A stretch of DNA of 64,000 nucleotides from Podarcis melisellensis. Lineage: Eukaryota. The notes under the pieces were generated by a model that was not told the DNA's origin, did not search any database, and saw only the letters and a list, made by a program, of their open reading frames with translations. The position numbers and the translations under genes are program-made. The DNA lies in NCBI GenBank assembly GCA_964234715.1, contig OZ174280.1; one strand, 5' to 3'. This document shows, in pieces, positions 51,103 through 62,298 of this stretch; position 1 is the first letter of the stretch; every line of letters begins with the position of its first letter.

Positions 51103-51640
51103 TGTTAGATCTCTCCCTCCTGCAACTCTCTTTTAGTGAATGGCTAAAATAGGGGTAAGGAAAGTAGATGAAGTAATGCAGTGGAGTACTTATGTATGTT
51201 TAGGGATGAGACAGGGGCTTATTTATTTAGGCACAAGCCCCCAGTGGAAGATCAGCTCAATGTCCCAGTAATCAAACATGCTGAACATTTCAAGAATATT
51301 TTGCTTCTGATCCACACTAATTTTCTTCATTATACAGTGACCTAGAGACATCATTGTCATATCTGATGAGCTTGAGGTTTAATTGTAGCAATTTTGCCTC
51401 TTCTCTTACCTTAATAAAATAATGAAGCATGATTCTTCTTTCAAAAACTGGGATAAGACCTGGCATTTTTTAAACACACTTGACAAGGATTTGAAATGTG
51501 TGTGCACCTTAAACCCATCTTGAAGACACTAGCTTCACTTGTTATTTTTTAATTATCTTTCACTCTGTCTTCCTTAATTTGGGATATTTATACCTGTCAC
51601 TGAGCTGTGCCAGTTAAAAGAAAAAAGGAGTATAAATAAT

Positions 51641-51678
<38 letters not shown>
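51641..51678. repeat. Compound (TC)n(TA)n microsatellite
   Basis: Read directly. Confidence 0.95.
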
Positions 51679-52176
51679 AACTGAAACAAAATATTATAAC
51701 AACAGATGTTTCCCCTGCAGTAATAGTTTCCGGTCCTAAGCTAAAAATAAAAGCTATTATGCCAGTAAATGAATATAAATTAAAAAATAATCTACTAAGG
51801 AATTTCCTTGCTTATCATGTTTCCATAAAATAAGTGAGTTTATCTTCATGGTTATAACCGTATATCCATGATAATGATGTTTTCTCAGTTGCAGGAAAGT
51901 GTATTCTAATTTTCATTAGGGAGTCTCTATGAAAATTAATTTCTAGGTTGAAAAATATAGGATGGCCTACTAAGTATGGGAAATTCTGCTCATACTTTTC
52001 AGGTTCATGTAATTATTATTACTATGGTTTATTGTAAAAAATAATAATTACAGTGCCCCCCCATGTAATTTTAAATCACATAAATTAAACTTGTGTACCC
52101 CACCTCACCCCCAAGTTCAAATATAAACCTCCCAGAGATTGGGAACGGTATTCACATTAATCTACAGCAGTAGAAA

Positions 52177-52412
52177 ATAGTAGATAACCACAGTAGGTAC
52201 CACTGCAGTGGGAAGGTAAACAGCATTTCCGTACACTGTGGTTTTTCTCGCGGTGTCCTGTTGCACCAGAAGTGGTTTAGTCATGTTGGCCACATGACCT
52301 GGAAATCTATCTGCAGACAAATGCCGGCTCCCTCAGCCTGAAAGCAGAGTTGAGCGCCACACCCCATAGTTGAATTCGACTGGACTTAGCCAGCCGGGGT
52401 CCTTTACCCTTA
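52177..52412 (+). mobile_element. 5'-truncated, older Sauria SINE
   Basis: taggtaccactgcagtgggaaggtaaac...ggccacatgacctggaa...ggggtcctttaccct; 13-bp TSD acagcagtagaaa (52164-52176 / 52413-52425). Confidence 0.88.
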
Positions 52413-52548
52413 ACAGCAGTAGAAAGATGGTCTTTCAATAAAATATTTGTTTTTGCATTTGGCCAGAAATGCTAAAATCAGAATCTCTGTGGTAACATAG
52501 AAATTGTTGAGACTTGTAGGTGTATTTTCAATTTACTGGGCATTATAC

Positions 52549-52744
52549 TAGGGACGGAGAGCAGGCAGGGGCGTGGCTGGTCGCATCCCGGGGGTGTGGC
52601 ACGCCGTCCGTGGGGGCATGGCACCTAGCACGGTGGGGGGGCGCACAGCGTGTGTCCGGGGGGGGCAGTCACGATGGTACCCCGCTCCCTGATAGTGCTG
52701 GGGGCGGTGCGCTCCCCGCACGCACCCCCATTCCTCCGCCAATG
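52549..52744. mobile_element. GC/CpG-rich hAT-like MITE
   Basis: Imperfect inverted ends tagggacggag / ctccgccaatg and a sharp GC step; no TSD found. Confidence 0.45.
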
Positions 52745-52905
52745 GGCAGCAGTGATGTATCTTTAGCAAAGATTAGAACTACCTCATACCTGTCAACTGC
52801 TCCAGAAAAAACGGGACATCTCATTTTTTTTCCTCACAAAAGGACAGTGGTCAAAGTGGCTGCCATGATTTTGCACGATTTTGGGCTGCACTTTTTTCAG
52901 GCATG

Positions 52906-53016
52906 GCACCCAAAAGCACACATTTTGGGGTGCTGCCCAAGATTGCTGCCCTGAAAAAAGCATTTTGGGGGAGCAGTGATTTTGTGTAGCACCCCAAAAC
53001 ATTCATTTTTGGGTGC
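52906..53016. repeat. Imperfect palindrome (MITE relic)
   Basis: gcacccaaaa...ttttggggtgct pairs with agcaccccaaaa...ttttgggtgc. Confidence 0.65.
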
Positions 53017-53528
53017 TGTGCCAGGAAAAATTTGCTGTGATTTGTGCAGGAGGGTTGATCTGGAAGATAGTGTCCTGGATATGGGGGTGCATTGTATTGG
53101 AAAAGCCAAACTAGAAGTTACACAGGTCAGAAACTTTGGCCTTCCAGATGTCACTGAACTACAACTCCCATCATCTCTGATAATTGACTGTGCCAGCTGG
53201 GGCTGATGGGAATTGGGAGTCCAATAATATCAGAAGTTCCCCACCTGTCTTACACTTAACATGCGGTTGCTACCAAAAATGGCTGCTTGTCTAGATTCCC
53301 CCTCCCTGTCCCTGTCTAACAGAACCCATCTGTGCCTAGATGGTTACAATGCTGTAGTTTGCTCTGATGCTGCTCTCCAACATTGACTGCTACTTATACT
53401 TATTGGGTAGGGGGAGTGCCACACTGAATGTCAATGTAAACTATGAAGCCTGCTAACATAAAACAATGGCGTGGGAGAATAAAGTGTGGAACAGAAGATG
53501 GACCACAGAGGAAAGACATATGCAATAT

Positions 53529-53685
53529 AAGCTCTTCTGGTTCTACCTCTGATTTCTGTGCATTCAGCAGAACCTCTGCATAATGCCTATGTGCACATAG
53601 CCCATATACATGCAAGATGAATGCATGTAGTTTCACATCAGAGGTTCTGCTGCATTGATAGAGGTCAGAGCATAGGGCCGAAGCT
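53529..53685. repeat. Imperfect palindrome (MITE relic)
   Basis: Perfect 14-bp inverted core cagcagaacctctg / cagaggttctgctg within longer imperfect arms. Confidence 0.7.
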
Positions 53686-53706
53686 TAGTGGTCCAGCATA
53701 TACTCT

Positions 53707-53916
53707 AGTAGGTAGCCTTGTTGGTCTGTCGTAGTTGAAACAAATAAAAAAATTCCTTCCAGTAGCACCTTAGAGACCAAATAAGTTTGTTATGAAGACA
53801 GAAGTGCCTGGCGTGCTCTGGTCCATGGGGTCACGAAGAGTCGGACACGACTAAATGACGAAACAACAACAACAAGTTTGTTATTGGTATGAGCTTTGTG
53901 TGCATGCACACTTCTT
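53707..53916 (-). mobile_element. Short Penelope-like insert with hammerhead core, split by BovB
   Basis: 13-bp TSD cagcatatactct (53694-53706 / 53917-53929); minus strand reads ctgaaga-a-gtgtgcatgcacac-aaa-gctc-atacc. Confidence 0.85.
53794..53873 (+). mobile_element. 80-bp BovB 3' end
   Basis: EDRSAWRALVHGVTKSRTRLND with (CAA)n tail; 11-bp TSD aagtttgttat (53783-53793 / 53874-53884). Confidence 0.95.
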
Positions 53917-56900
53917 CAGCATATACTCTGCATGCAGAAAGTTCCTGGTTGAACTCCTAGCATCTCGGGTGAAAATAAAGATTTAGCAGGAGATATCAAA
54001 GACCTCTCTGTGAGGCAGACTTTGGGCAGCTACTGCTAGTAATAGGAGGCAATACTGGGCTAATTGTGCCAATGTATAAGGCAGCTTCATATGTAAATCC
54101 ACTTCCTCTCTAGTTTAGGTGGAATTGTGGCTTTGTTGTATGGTAGAATCCTGTGGAACTTAAAACAAGTATGAGTTAACGTTAACACTTGTATGTGTGA
54201 AGTAATTAAAAGAAGGGCAAGCAAAATGTTTTTAGTGTGATTTATCTCATTTAATTTAGAGAAATCCAGTGACAATGAAGCTTCTTGTTACTTGCAGTGA
54301 CACCCAAATAAAACAAGGACTAATTTCATTGGTTTTGAAAATCATGCTTGCTTACATTTCAGAATGTTTCCAGTTACAGGCAGTGTCCCCTCCTGGGTTA
54401 ACTTGATGTTAATTCACATTAAGTTATTCATTTTTTTCCCCTCACTCTACCATTGCTTATTTTGTACTAGGAGCCAGAACTGGATTCTTGTAAGGTTTTT
54501 CCCCAAGTTCCCTCCAACGATTTGTGATCTGTTTGCAGTTTTTAAAATTCTGACATGCACCATGTTGCTGTTATAACACATGAAATGTGCATTTATATTC
54601 TCTACTTATGTAGTGTTCATATTAGATTACCTTCAAAAAGCTTTCTGTGACATTTTTACACAGTTTTAAATTCTGGGAATGTCCTGTCCACAGTGATAGA
54701 AAGCAGTTTCCAGGAAAGAGTTAAACTGATGTAATATTGTAGGGCGGAAGTTTAACAAATGTGAGAACTATATAAAGCTATGAGATCAGAGGTTTGGAAA
54801 CATCTTTTAGAAGGGAATCCTATCGAACTCAGTACTGACCTCACTTTTACTCATAGGCACTGCTTAACAGTTCACCGTTGGAAATAATGTTACAGTGGAG
54901 TTTTAAAGTACTGAAGGAAAGGCATTTATTCTGGACAGTGTTCTGTGCTTTGAGCCTGCTGGGTGAGTATTCGGTATGGGGGGGTGGACCCAACCTTACA
55001 ACTGCTGTGTTACTTGCAGACAGAAAATGAAGAATGAATCTTGTTCTGCCTGTGCCATAGTTATTGAATACTGACGAAAGTTTATCTCTTGTAATATCTG
55101 TTAGATAGCTAGATGCTAATAACATTAGAAGCAAACTGGTAAACAGAATGCACAGCATGTAAAGGAATAGTGCACACAACTGAAATACTCTAATTAGTGG
55201 CATATAGAATTTTTGCAGGTTTTATAGTTGTATAGTTGCCAATGTGCAGAAGTGGCATACAGAAGGATATCAGATGCACACATTTTATTCATGGTTTTGC
55301 AATTCTCCATACCAGACATCTCCAGTGATTGTTAGCAAGGCTTCAGTATCCCAGAGACTAACATACATTATTTTTATTAAACATAAAATCCTAGACTGTG
55401 TAGCTGAGCGCGTCTGTTTGTAGTCTGCTAGCCTATAGTGGTTGGCACAACTGACTACTTTTGGTAATTACTGTTGCTATTTTTGAATGCTTATGCATTT
55501 TATTTGTACAACTTAAAAAAGTAATGATTAGGGAATGTTATGTTACTATTTTCTAAGTTGAAGGTACTGCATAGTGTATGTATAGCACAACTGAGTATTT
55601 TGCACACTTTTGCAGCCAGACTACTTTAATTTCTCTTTATCCACTAGACCATAAGACCCTCCTTAGACAAGTCACTGGGCTGTATTCCTGTCTTTTTAAT
55701 GTTTATTGCACTTTTTAGTACTCCCCAAAGGATCGTGCTTATCCTGCTCTGAAGCTGGCACGGACTGTTTATTTATGTTGCGGGGTTTTGTTTTTCCTTC
55801 TTACATCTACTGGCCAAGTCACAGTTCATATGGCAGTTGTATTTGCTGCCCGTGTACATCAAGTGAGCAGGAGAGATGTGTGTCTGCAGCTGGTCACAGC
55901 ATGTTTCAGGGACATCATTTTGGTGGCTATGCAATTAATTGCCCTCATGTTTTAAACCATTCAGGTTCAAAATTTCAAAGATTTTGAAAGGAAAAAGCAA
56001 AGTAAGGCCTAATTTGTGTGGCTGCAATTAACTTTGTAAACAAATAAATACAATATAGTCTGCTTTTTCAGTGTCATGTGTGAAAATTGTCCTGAGGCTG
56101 GCTTTCTAACATCCAGATATAGGGTTTTTTTAAAAAAAAAATACATGTGGAATTGCTACTGCTGCAGTATCTGCAAGTTCAGTGTTGAACTTTATTAAAC
56201 CCTTTTGAAATTTTATCTAATTTTATCTAGTAATTGAAAAAGCAATATGATGCTCTATTCCCTTTAAAAAGTAGGTTTCACTCCACACAATTACAGTACT
56301 TGATCCAGCTAGGGAGAAAATCATGTAAGCACATTTACCAATGAAATCCAATGTTGAATAAAGATAGGAATCGGCATGCATCTGTCTATTATGACTCTCA
56401 TTCATACTACATTGAAAGGCTACTAATGTGAATGAGAAGGTGCATCCAGGTCCATTAGTTATGTACAAATAGAGCTGGATTTCCATCGCAATTAGAGATG
56501 CTTTCCAACACATGAATTTGCATTTTGAAGATGCACATAGGGTTCTGTTTTTGGCTCCTGTCTACACTTGGCAAATATTTTCAAGGTAATTTTACGCCTG
56601 TGTGTCTTGGCTTCGTCTTCTGCAATAATACTTTATCTTCTTGGGCATATTGCCTAGAAATGTATGCATGAAAAGCATTATGTCATAGTTAAAGCAGTGG
56701 TGGAATGCAGGCATACAAAGCTTGCTTAGCTGCCTAGATATATCCTCATCAGTGAGTTTGCATTTTCTATTAGGGAAACATGGTTTTTGTTTTGGTAAGT
56801 AAAGCACATCTTGGGCTGTGAACGTGCTGGATTTCCCTCTCTAAAACATGAAAAACAAATGGGTTTAATTTGTGTTCTATCATGGCATGCAAGTAAATCC

Positions 56901-57029
56901 CATGCCAAAACCTCCATCACCTTAGAACGTACAGTACACTATTACTAACTTTCAGAAATATACTAATCAAACTGAATAGGCTTCAGAAGACTATCAGCTA
57001 AAACCATGCATTTCTCTGAATATGTAATT

Positions 57030-57337
57030 GTTTTTATTTTGTATTTTTATGCTGTGAACCGCCCTGAGATCTTCAGACTTAGGGTGGTACAGTGGTACCT
57101 CAGGTTAAGTACTTAATTCATTCCGGAGATCCGTACTTAACCTGAAACTGTTCTTAACCTGAAGCACCACTTTAGCTAATGGGACCTCCTGCTGCCGCCG
57201 CGCCACCGGAGCCCAATTTCTGTTCTTATCCTGAAGCAAAGTTCTTAACCTGAAGCACTATTTCTGGGTTAGCGGAGTGTGTAACCTAAAGCGTATGTAA
57301 CCTGAAGCGTATGTAACCCGAGGTACCACTGTATACA

Positions 57338-57370
<33 letters not shown>

Positions 57371-57380
57371 AATAAATAAA
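57030..57380 (+). mobile_element. L2-like 3' tail with (GATT)n, interrupted by a MITE
   Basis: tgtgaaccgccctgagatcttcagacttagggtggTA | MITE | TAtacagattgattgatt...aataaataaa. Confidence 0.7.
57090..57331. mobile_element. Tc1/mariner (Tigger-type) MITE, family A
   Basis: TA|CAGTGGTACCTC...GAGGTACCACTG|TA; inverted near-copy of 4379-4604. Confidence 0.93.
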
Positions 57381-58265
57381 GTTAGTTAAACACATTAAGA
57401 ACAAGAGTAATTTACAGATACATTCTTACGGTGACAGTATTGTGAGGTGGCACTTGGTAGTTGAGGAAATGTCCCGTCCCCCCTTGGTCCACTGGCTGTG
57501 TACACAACATACATTTAAAGCACCCCACCCCCACAAGAATCCTGGTAGCTGCAATTTGTTAAGGGTGCTGGGAATTGTAGTACTGTGGGAGGAGGTAAAC
57601 AACACTTTGTTTGCATGTGGATAGTATGTCATTTTCTTGGCACAAAGGTCAACCACTTTTATGTCTATTTCCTGTTCCTAATTTTCAGCATCAGTTGTGT
57701 TTTCCCAGGCTACCTTGAGGTATGTATGGGTAAAAATATTAAGTGCAAAAATGAATTATACACATCCAAACACACTGTAGACTTGAACTGGTAAACCTAA
57801 ACCAGTCACATTTTTCCAGCACATGTTCTCTGCATGCCCGCAGCTCTTAGGTCATACACAACTCCCTTTCACACATTACATGTTTACCACAGCAAACAGA
57901 AATGTAACCATAGCCTACATGATTGTGAAGCAGCTTTTAGGGGTTTTGTTCTGCATAGATAGTAGTACACTTGATGACATTCAGAGGCATCAAGTGATAC
58001 ATTGATCTGATCCTGCAAGGTTCTGCAAGACATCTATTGTGAGATGCTAGTTTCTCAACTCCCACTGATGTATATGAAAATAAGGTCAGTTTTCCCAATT
58101 ACCAAAAAGATGGCTTATGTTCTGAGAGCATCTTATTGTAACTTTATTTGTTTCTTTATTTAACTTGATTTTCACTGTGACTTCATAGTTCACACACACT
58201 TTTAACAAAGTTACACTGTTTTATGTGCACATGTTAAAATGTAATGTATGAATGCAACAAACATA

Positions 58266-58546
58266 CAGTGGTGCCTCACAAGACAAAAATAATTTGTTCC
58301 ACGAGTCTTTTCGTCTTGCGATGTTTTTCGTCTTGCGATGTTTTTCGTCTTGCGAAGCACGGTCCGTCGCAACTGCGCCTCTTCAAGCGGCTTTAGGAAA
58401 AAAGCGAACAAACTCGCAAGACGTTTTCGTCTTGCGAAGCAAGCCCATAGGGAAATTCGTCTTGCGAAGCGACGCAAAAACCGAAAAACCCTTTCGTCTT
58501 GCGGGTTTTTCGTTTTGCGAGGCATTCGTCTTGCGGGGTACCACTG
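58266..58546. mobile_element. Tc1/mariner (Tigger-type) MITE, family B, CpG-rich
   Basis: TA|CAGTGGTGCCTCACAAGAC...GTCTTGCGGGGTACCACTG|TA; eight copies of TTCGTYTTGCG. Confidence 0.92.
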
Positions 58547-58713
58547 TATTCCTATAAACATGCCTATTATATGCTACTAGGGAGCTAGGATTTTCCATAG
58601 CGCCCCCCCCCATGTGTGTGCTAAGAAACAAATATATGTTTGCCACTACATAATGTCTGAAGCAAGAGAAAACTCCTACATGGAAACAACTTAAATATTG
58701 CAAAAAGCATGTA

Positions 58714-58920
58714 ACAACAACAACAATTTATTATTTATACCCTGCTCATCTGCCTGGGTTTTCCCAGCCACTCTGGGCGGCTTCTAACAAAATATTAAAA
58801 ATACAATAAAACATCCCTAAACAGGGCTGCCTTCAGATGTCTTCTAAAAGTCAGGTAGTTGTTTATTTCCTTGACATCTGATCGGATGGTGTTCCACAGG
58901 GCGGGCTCCACTACTGAGAA
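58714..58920 (-). mobile_element. L2 LINE 3' end
   Basis: (aac)n, tttattatttataccc...ccactctgggcggctt...gttccacagggcgggctccactactgagaa, typical of a squamate L2 terminus. Confidence 0.75.
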
Positions 58921-61469
58921 AACTACTACCATGTCATATGTGGCAATCTCAACCATGTCTAAATATAGTTCGCAAGTGTGATTTATATATACAGGAGTAG
59001 TAACATAGTGCCCTCCTTATATTATTGAACTCCAACTCCCATCATCCCTGACTATTAGCCATCCTGCAGGGTATCTAACAACATCTGGAGGGTGCCATGT
59101 TGTCTGTCCGTGTTGTCTGTCCATGCTATGTAGGAAGCTTTACCCCTTGAAGTGAATCTGACATTCCAGATTTCAGTCCTGATGACCACCATGTTTGTGG
59201 TCAATCTGTTTTAAATAAGAATGTTGCAATCACAGCTGATTGTTAATTATGTTATTTAGAAAACTATATCAATATACAAGCCAGCTTCTGCTTTTCATGT
59301 CAAGATAATGTTTTTGATGTTGCTTTTGGCCTCATAAAAGATGCCTAAATATTAAATTAACTGTTCAAGAAAAGTTACCTTTGGCATGAGTAATTGAATA
59401 TTCAAGAAGCCTGAACCTGACATTCCCTACAAATTAATAATTATACAGTTTGGATGCTAAATTTCATTTTGACATTTACAAATTAATTTTATTTGAAATG
59501 TGTACCTATCAGATAGTGTGTTCATTCAGTTAGACTTAAGTGCAGTCTAGAACAGAAAATTCATAATGTGATTAATCATTACAGATTTAAATTCAAATAG
59601 TTAATAAACAACTAAAGACAAATTACCTGAGCTGAAATGAAATATTCAAGCAATTACATTCAAATTATTTCAGTCAGGCTTCAAAGTTTACAAAGATTAT
59701 AGAACCCAGATATTCATATAATTTAATCCATTGTCTGAATAATTAGCTATTGAAATAGCAGGCTAGCAGCCAAGCAAAAATCTCTTTTATCAGTTTTGTC
59801 TGAGTGTTGATTAGGTGAGCATGCTTGCAATGATGTAATGGCTTAAGCTGTCATCCTCTCTCCTTCCCACATTCTCTTCGCCCTTTTTTGGCATTGTTCG
59901 TGACTGCAAAAGCCCACACCCAAATCCTGTCTGGGCCATATGGAATAGGAAAAAGGGTTCAGGAGGGGGAGAGAATAGAATTTTATCGGATATTTCCAGA
60001 GGGAAAGGGACTCCACCCTTTGAATTCCTGCCACATGGCAGGAGAGGAGCAAAGCTAGAGATTCATGAGTAATGTAGCTCAGAGTCCCCAAATGTGGTGC
60101 TCATTATAACTGCTGGAAGAATAAAATATAAATACTGATGGAATTCGTAATCCTGGCCTCTCGGTTTCAGTTATTTCCCATTTCATCCAAGATATGAAAT
60201 TCTGGATCTGAGCATTATCACTGCTAGCATGCTATGGGATCAATATGATATTCTTTTGCATTCTGAGTACTAATAAAGGTGCTTACCACTACCTCCCATT
60301 TTCATTTTTAATCTCATTCAATCTATCATTATAATATCCAGTTATAATTGGGCAATCAAACAAGTGGACATACCAGTTAAGAGGGCTGCGGCTGCTTTTC
60401 ATGTTACTTTTTAAAGTTGCAAGTTCACCATCTGGAAGATCTAAGAAGACACATAAAATCATTAAGTGAGACTTAACTGAGCAAAGTGTTACTGAGCAAA
60501 GACTTGTGTTCAGCATGTCTCAGAAATTGATTCAAATGTCTATGGAATCTCTCCCAGAGACATACATGTTTATAATATTACTCATATTTCCCCATGTATC
60601 CTCAGATACAAGTGTAATTCCCAAAAGTATATCCATGCAGTAGAGACTGTGAGACAGTAAACCATATTTATTCCCCCCTTTGTGCATGTATGTAATTTTT
60701 TTAAAGCAGCTTTAAATTTATTTATTTATCATGCAGCTTATTTGCCTATTTTTGGTGCCATTACAAAACAGTGTACATTTTGAACTTTATGGCATGAAAC
60801 CTGAAAGTTCATATGAATGCCTTATATCTTCACCGTGGACTTAGCACGACAGTATGCCTTTATTGGTGAATACATTTACACAGATCACATGCTGTTCCAT
60901 GGGCTCTGGGCAGCAGGGGTGGCCCTACCATTAGCCAGAGCATGACAGTTGCCTCGAACAGCAGATTTTGGATGTCATGAAAACACAGCAAGTGGTTAGT
61001 TATTTAAATTATTGTTATTGTATTTTTACTACCAGGGAGGAAGAAGATGTGCTTGTGGTACTTTTTACCTCAGATGCTAAGACAACTTGAATGGCCTTGG
61101 GTACTGTGTATCTTAATTCAGTGGGAAGGGTGCCATTTACTGCTCCACAACAGGCACCCAGTCTTGGGAGCTGGCCCTGCTGGGCAGCTTACACCAATTT
61201 CATCACCCATCTTATTTCTCACTACCCCAAAGTAACTCATATTATAGATACTGGGTTTGGCAGTTTTGAGCGGACCAAAGAGGTCATAATTAAACAACAA
61301 CAACAAATGTCATTTCTCTCCATGAGCACTTGTCCCTGCCTTTCCCTTCAAATTCTGCTCTTTGACAAATGTACGTTATTCAAATTCTCTTAACCTTACT
61401 TAGACTCCTTCCTGCCATCTACAGCAGAAACAAAAGTCAGGTGTGAGAGGAGGCAGACAACTTTCACTG

Positions 61470-61474
<5 letters not shown>

Positions 61475-61536
<62 letters not shown>
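61475..61536. repeat. (AG)31 microsatellite
   Basis: Read directly. Confidence 0.97.
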
Positions 61537-61537
<1 letters not shown>

Positions 61538-61814
61538 ATGAGGAACCCCATTCCAGCTGCTGGAGCAACAGCAGGTGGAGACATTGCTACTTCTTTTCCT
61601 CTTCTTCCTGACAGGGCAGTTTCCTAAATGGCTGCCATGTAAGGAGAGCTGTTGCCTATATATGTGCCCGGGCTATAATTTTTCTATAACCACAAACAGT
61701 GGTGATGGGAACACCTAAGATGTGGTAGCCAATTAATAAAGCAATATTTACTTAACAATTATTAACAGGTTTCTGTGCTTGAATCAGAATAACACATGTG
61801 GAAAGCCAACAGAG

Positions 61815-61816
<2 letters not shown>

Positions 61817-61855
<39 letters not shown>
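61817..61855. repeat. (GT)n microsatellite
   Basis: Read directly. Confidence 0.97.
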
Positions 61856-61856
<1 letters not shown>

Positions 61857-62164
61857 TATGGAGAGAGAGATTCAGCAACCAGCCTGTACATCTTATACTG
61901 GTGCGCTGAGTGGGGGAGCAATATCCAAAATACACTGGCCCTGTCTGAACAGTGTGGTAGCAATATGAAGAGGATGAATGACGTTATGAAAAGCTCATTA
62001 AGCAGTATTATTCCTTATTTTAAAAACCAACATTGCTAGGCAGAGTGCGTAGTTTAAAGAACAGGATGGTTAACAACAGTAGTAATGAAATTTATCATTT
62101 CTATAGTGGGGTTATTTTTTTGGTGTTCAGTGTTATAATTATCTCAACAATCCTAACAGCCCAG

Positions 62165-62298
62165 TAAGGTAGCCTTTGCCAACTTGGTGCCCTCTGGATA
62201 TTTGGGGCTACACTCCCATCATCCTCAGCCAGCATGGCCAACAACTGATGGGAATTGTAGTCCAAAAACATCTGGAGGGCACCAGGTTTGTGAAGGCT
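62165..62298. mobile_element. Palindromic hAT-type MITE (5339 family)
   Basis: aacttggtgccctctggat...ctcccatca...tgatgggaattgtagtcc...atctggagggcaccaggttt. Confidence 0.75.

Larger units (their letters stand above)
53681..54093 (+). mobile_element. tRNA-Ala-like SINE hosting nested Penelope and BovB inserts
   Basis: agcttagtggtccagcatatactct | gcatgcagaaagttcctggttgaactcctagcatctc...gtataaggcagcttcatatgt. Confidence 0.75.

Noticed and set aside
58300-58540. Regularly spaced repeats that superficially resemble a CRISPR array
   Set aside because: Repeats are 11 nt with irregular, partly identical spacers inside a TA-flanked MITE, in a eukaryotic context with no cas genes
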